Shown here: in pieces, positions 53,815-64,000 of the stretch
Position numbering within the stretch: the first letter of the stretch is position 1
Layout: each line of letters opens with the position of its first letter
Assembly (NCBI RefSeq): GCF_009914755.1
Contig: NC_060925.1
Reading direction: 5' to 3' (one strand)
DNA: 64,000 nt
From: the human T2T-CHM13v2.0 reference genome, Homo sapiens
Translations under genes and position numbers: made by a program
Notes under the pieces: generated by a model
What the model saw: the letters and a program-made list of their open reading frames with translations, nothing else
What the model was told of the DNA's origin: nothing
Databases searched by the model: none

Positions 53815-54129
53815 CTATTTGAGATCAGAACTAGTGAGATTTTATATTCTGTGTTTACTTTGATCCATGACTGAAGTTGTAGAACTGAAGCTGCAAACTC
53901 GGAGTCTGTGTGTATGAAAAAATTCTTCATCTCTCATTGTAGGAATTTGTCATCTTTTCCTATCTCTGAGTATGTTAATTACACTCTTCATTGACACAGT
54001 ACAAAGTTATCACACTTGATAATTCCTTTTTGTCACTTCTGATGCCTTTAAGGTTATTATGTGTGTGGGTATGTATGTGGCTATGTATGTGTATGTTTGT
54101 GTTTGGTGTATAGCTACTATTTTCAGTGG

Positions 54130-54579
<450 letters not shown>

Positions 54580-55547
54580 TAACGTAAAATGTACTGTCTT
54601 AACCATTTTTATGTATACAGTTCAGCAGTGTTAAATGCATTTATAATGTTGTGCATCTTCATAATTCTTTTCATCTTGTAAAATTGAAACTCTGTACCCT
54701 TTAAACAACTTCCCATTCTTCTCTCCCCTTCACCCTTTGGCAAACACCATTCTACTTTCTGTCTGTGTGATTTTGACTACTCTGCCTCAAATAAGTAGAA
54801 TCATACAGCATTTGTCTTTATGTGACTGACATTTCACTTAGGATAATGTTCTCAGGTTCATTCATTTTGTAGCATGTCAGAATTTCCTTTCTTTTTAAGG
54901 CTGTGTAATATTTCACTGTATGTATATACCACATTGTGTTTATCCATTCCTCTGTCAGTAGACATTTGGGGTTGCTTCTGTGTTTTAGATAGTATGAATA
55001 ATGCTGCTATGAACATGGGTGTGCAGATGTCTCTTTGAGACCTGCTTTCAATTATTTTGAATACACCCCAAGTAGAATTGCTATGGTAATTTTTTTTTTT
55101 TTTTTGAGAAACCACCACAATTTTTTTTGTAGTGGCTGCACCATTTTACACAGCCACCTTGGCTGATTTTTATTTGTATCTTTTCTCTGTAAGAAACCGT
55201 AACCATGAACATAATACCTTTCAGTGAGCTCTGTGAGTCTTGTGAATTATCAAAGAAGGTAGTTTTTGGACCCCTCCAAATTTGTAGTTTGTATCAGAAG
55301 TGAGGATAGTCTTGTGGGAACTGTTCCCTCAAACTTTGTAGTTTGGTTAACTCTAGGTAGAATATATCTGTACTTTGTATTTTTATTTTTCCACCCCAAC
55401 ATGATGTGCAAAAATATATCTACTATAGCATACTACTAGATATAGTAAATATATCTAGTTTTAATGTGAAGGTTGTTGAATTTTATTATCGTGCATTTTC
55501 AAACTTCTATTGAAATGATTAATAAGTTTACCTCAACTGATGTTGTG

Positions 55548-56010
55548 TTTTTTTTTTCATTAGTTATCATTAGTTTATTATAAAAGAGAAATATGGAAAT
55601 TATTTACATGATGAAAGATTTCAGAACTTCAGTGGAATGGGCAGTTTCACGTTGATGCCATTTCAATAGTGACTTATTTCAGCCTACGTACTTTCCAAGA
55701 ATGTCACCATCTCTAAACAGGAAATAATCCTTGTCATCTAGAACTACTTTGGTGCCTCCATATTCTGGGAGAAGAACTTTATCTTCAACTTTCACTCTAA
55801 CTGGTTGAATCTCTCCACCCTTTCCTTTAGAACACGATCCAACAGCGACTACTGTTGCTTGCAATACTTTTCCTTGAAGCATAATGCCTCCTTTGGTTAC
55901 AGTTTCAGCAGTACTCCTTTCAACCAATACTTGGTCAAAGAGTGGAAGAAACTTTCTAAACGCTTGTCCTTCCTGCCATGACTCCCTCCGCCTCAGACTC
56001 ATACTCCGCT
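55548..56010 (-). pseudogene. HSPE1P6: HSPE1 (Hsp10) processed pseudogene
   Basis: Intronless Hsp10 homology GQAFRKFLPLFDQVLVER..DGDILGKYVG*, with 3' UTR, AATAAA (55574-55579, minus strand) and poly(A) remnant at 55548-55557. 4-nt duplication just after the native ATG (55979); 12-nt deletion (PEKS). The P6 number is from recall. Confidence 0.9.
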
Positions 56011-56036
56011 CTCTTGTTTTTATAGTCATCTGTCAT

Positions 56037-57340
<1,304 letters not shown>

Positions 57341-57457
57341 TGTTTATATGATTCATTTATCTTCATTTATTGGATTTTTTTTTTTAAGAGAGAGTCTCAC
57401 TGTGTTGCCCCGGCTGGAGTGCAGTACTGTGGCTCACCACAGCCTCCACCTCCCAGA

Positions 57458-58050
<593 letters not shown>

Positions 58051-58849
58051 GAGGGGAGTAGGGAGAGGTGGTGTGCTGGGAAACACAATTCAGTCCATAA
58101 CAGTAAGCATTTTAAGCTTAGCATATTACTCACTAAACAAAATCACGGTTCTGTTCCTATAAAAGACTGTTGGTGCCTGGCCCATCCTCCTGCCTCAGCC
58201 TCCCAAAGTGCTGGGATTACTGGTGTGAGCCACCACGCCTGGCCTCCTGCTGGTTCCTGGTCATGGTGCTTTGTTTCCTGGTGGTTTTGTGATTTTTTTT
58301 TTGTTTTGCTTTGTTGCTGTACTGACTTTTTAAAAAACATTTTCTTTAGAAATTCCTTGAGGCGTGGGATAGATGAGTTCCTCCAAAGGGATATGCTTCT
58401 TTTGAGCATCTGAGGGCATCATTGTACTAGGACTATTTTAATCCTAATTCTTGGTTTATGATTTTTTTTTTCTAATATGCGTTAGGTTATACGTGTTTCT
58501 GCTGCAAACCTGCATTAGGGCTTGCTTGTGGTTACAGGTTCTTGGAGGAGATAATCTCCCTTTCCTGACTTAGCACCGAATTTTGAGATGAGCAATTATT
58601 GCTGTAGTCATCTGGTGGTGATAATTGTGGTGGAGAAATGGATGATTTCTAATGTGCCTTACACTGAGAGAGTAACTCTTTGGGACCCAGTTTTATAGGG
58701 GGAAGAGGGAATCTCCTTTTAGATTCCCTATTTTAGATGGGTTTGGGCTTTGATTTCCAACCCACCTGCTGCACAGTACTATTAAACTTGAACCTGAGTT
58801 CTTCCAGTTTTGGTAGGTATCCTCTAGATTTCACTTCATTCTTACTTTA

Positions 58850-60363
<1,514 letters not shown>

Positions 60364-60786
60364 TAGCCAGGATGGTCTTGATTTCCTGACCTTGTGATCC
60401 GCCTGCCTCGGCCTCCCAAATTGCTGGGATTACAGGCATGAGCCACCACGTCCAGCTGTAATCTTTACTTTCTTGTCAGCTTTTGAATGCATTTAAGACT
60501 TTTTAAAATCCAGTAATTTTAGTTGATTTTACCAGGTGGTTCAGTCCTGTAGTATCTAGTCTACTATACTAAACAGAAATATTTTTGTAGTACTTTTATA
60601 ATCAGAAAACATAATATTTCCAAAAAATTGTCTGGTTTAGAAGTGGTCTTTCAGGAGAAAAGAGTAAGACCTATAGTAAGAAAAAACAAGTTTTTTTTCT
60701 TTGGGATGGGAACATTTTTAGCATGTTTGTGTATTATTTGTGTGTTAATGTTTCTAATATTTTGTGTATCTCTTCTCTGTTCTTAA

Positions 60787-61150
<364 letters not shown>

Positions 61151-62720
61151 TAACATTTAAAACTGTGTATTTTCTTTCAAATACTGCTTTGACTTCATCA
61201 CAAAGATTTAGATAGGTTGGTATTTTCATTATTATTTTTAAATGGCTAACTAATAATACTTCCTAACATTTGTCATACACTTTTATATAGCCTACCAAGC
61301 ACTCTTTTTTTGTACTTTCCTTTTCTGTCTTCTTTTTTGTCCAAGTTCTCATCTGTGGGGTACTTGTTTATTTTACAGGTTATTGACGACTATTCCTAAG
61401 AAAACATTTATGCCATTAATGTTTAATTGTGTTTGTCCATTTTTTTAGTGTCTTTTTTGTTTAAAATAGAGAAGGTGTCTTGCTTTGCTGCCCAGGCTTG
61501 TCTCAAACTCCTGGCTTTAAGCAATCCTCCTGCCTCGGCCTCCCAAAGTGCTAGGATTATAGGCATGAACCACTGCACCTGGCCTAATATTTAATTGTGG
61601 ATGGAAAATATAGTCCCAAAAATGTTTTCCTTTATTGTCTTTAATGAGATTTTTCTCTATAACCAGATATGTTTAATTTCTTTTTTTTTTTTTTTTTTTT
61701 TGTTTGAGACAGAGTCTCGCTCTGTCGCCCAGGCTGGAGTGCAGTGGCACAATCTCAGCTCACTGCAAGCCTCAGCCTCCCGAGTAACTGGGACAACAGG
61801 CACCCGCCACCACACCCGGCTAATTTTTTGTATTTTTAGTAGAGACGGGGTTTCACCATGTTAGCCAGGATGGTCTCAATCTCCTGACCTCGTGATCCTC
61901 CCGCCTCAGCCTCCCAAAGTGGTGGGATTACATGCGTGAGCCACTGCGCCTGGCCCGGATATGCTCAATTTCTATACATGAATGTATATAGCCATTATTT
62001 GTAGAATATAAAATCTGAAATAATGTTCTATGCTATGAATTATACTGTTTCAGTCCTTCATGCCTTTATACATATTGTCTGCTTAGTCTGTCATGGATAT
62101 TAGATAATTAAAATTTCCTACTATAATTGTATTTTATATCATTTTCTCATTATAAGCCTACCAGTCTACATTATATATTTAGCTGCTATGTTAGTTCATA
62201 TCAATTCCTTATTATTGTATTTTCATCTCTTACTATCCTTTATCATATGCAAGAACTCCACCTGCTTTAGTGCTTTTTTTTTTTTCTTTTTCAGCAAAAG
62301 AGTCCATTCAGCCTGGACTCTGTTGTCCAGGCTGGAATGTGCTAGTACCATCATAGCTCATTGCAGCCTCAAACTCCTGGGCTCAAGCGATCCTCCCACC
62401 TCAGTCTGCTGAGTGACTGGGACTACTGGCACAGGTTACCACATTTGGCTAATTTTTAAATGTTTTATAGGGACAGGGCCTTGCTATGTTACCTAAGCTG
62501 GTCTCAAACTCCTGGCTTCAAGTGATCCTCCTGTCTCAGCCTCCCGAAGCGTGGGGATTACAGATGTGAGCTACCGTGCCTGGCCTTTAGTGCTTTTTTG
62601 CCTGAAGTTCTAGTTTATCTCACACTAATATTGCTAATCCTGCTTTTCTTTTATATAATGATAGTTTATCTTCTCATTCTCTTATGTTTAGCCTTTCTAA
62701 ACCATTTGGCTTTTAAGTAG

Positions 62721-62972
<252 letters not shown>

Positions 62973-63056
62973 TGAACTCCTGACCTCAAGTGATCTGCCT
63001 GCCTTGGTCTCCCAACGTGCTGGGATTACAGGCATGAGCCACCATGCCTGGCCTAA

Positions 63057-63672
<616 letters not shown>

Positions 63673-64000
63673 CTATCTTAAAAAAAAAAAAAAAAAAAAA
63701 AAAAGTCCCTTTGCCTCTTAGTAGCAGGATTTAGACTATTTAGAATAATTTTAATTGTTACATTTGGTTTATCTTAGTTTCTATTTTATGCTTTCTCATT
63801 ATTATTTCTTCAGTTCTGCCTTTCCTATGAGTTTTACTTTGTTTCTGTTATTTTTTAAATCAGTTTGGAAGGGAAACAGTAGCATGAACCACAAACATTT
63901 ATTATCTCACCCGATTTCTGAAAGTCAGGAATCCAGAAGTGGTTTAACTGGGTGGTTCTGGCATAATGTCTTTCCTGAGGTTGCAATCAAGATGTTGCCT

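Overview
Human genomic DNA, + strand, recognisable as the ZC3H11A-SNRPE locus (1q32.1, from recall of both proteins). It holds the last five coding exons and 3' UTR of ZC3H11A (284-~6080) and the complete five-exon SNRPE gene (ATG 13611, stop 21858, 92 aa), which has a CpG-island promoter and a U12-type first intron. There are two minus-strand processed pseudogenes: KRT8 (~24221-26175) and HSPE1 (~55548-56010). The remainder is very repeat-dense: many dozens of Alus, old L1M/L2/MIR, several DNA transposons and ERV/MaLR LTRs, and a complete solo LTR12 with a 4-bp TSD (52009-53319). Most ORFs in the track are Alu translation artefacts. I cannot support a new multi-gene system here. The most unusual signals are: (i) two tiny (~40-70 nt) L1-style insertions with TSDs that look like retroposed LTR R-region RNAs; (ii) an HSPE1 retrocopy whose start-proximal frameshift is bypassed by upstream in-frame ATGs; (iii) a three-level Alu>KRT8 retrocopy>Alu nest; (iv) non-canonical or competing splice signals in both genes. 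Repeat subfamily names come from recalled consensus sequences and need RepeatMasker confirmation.
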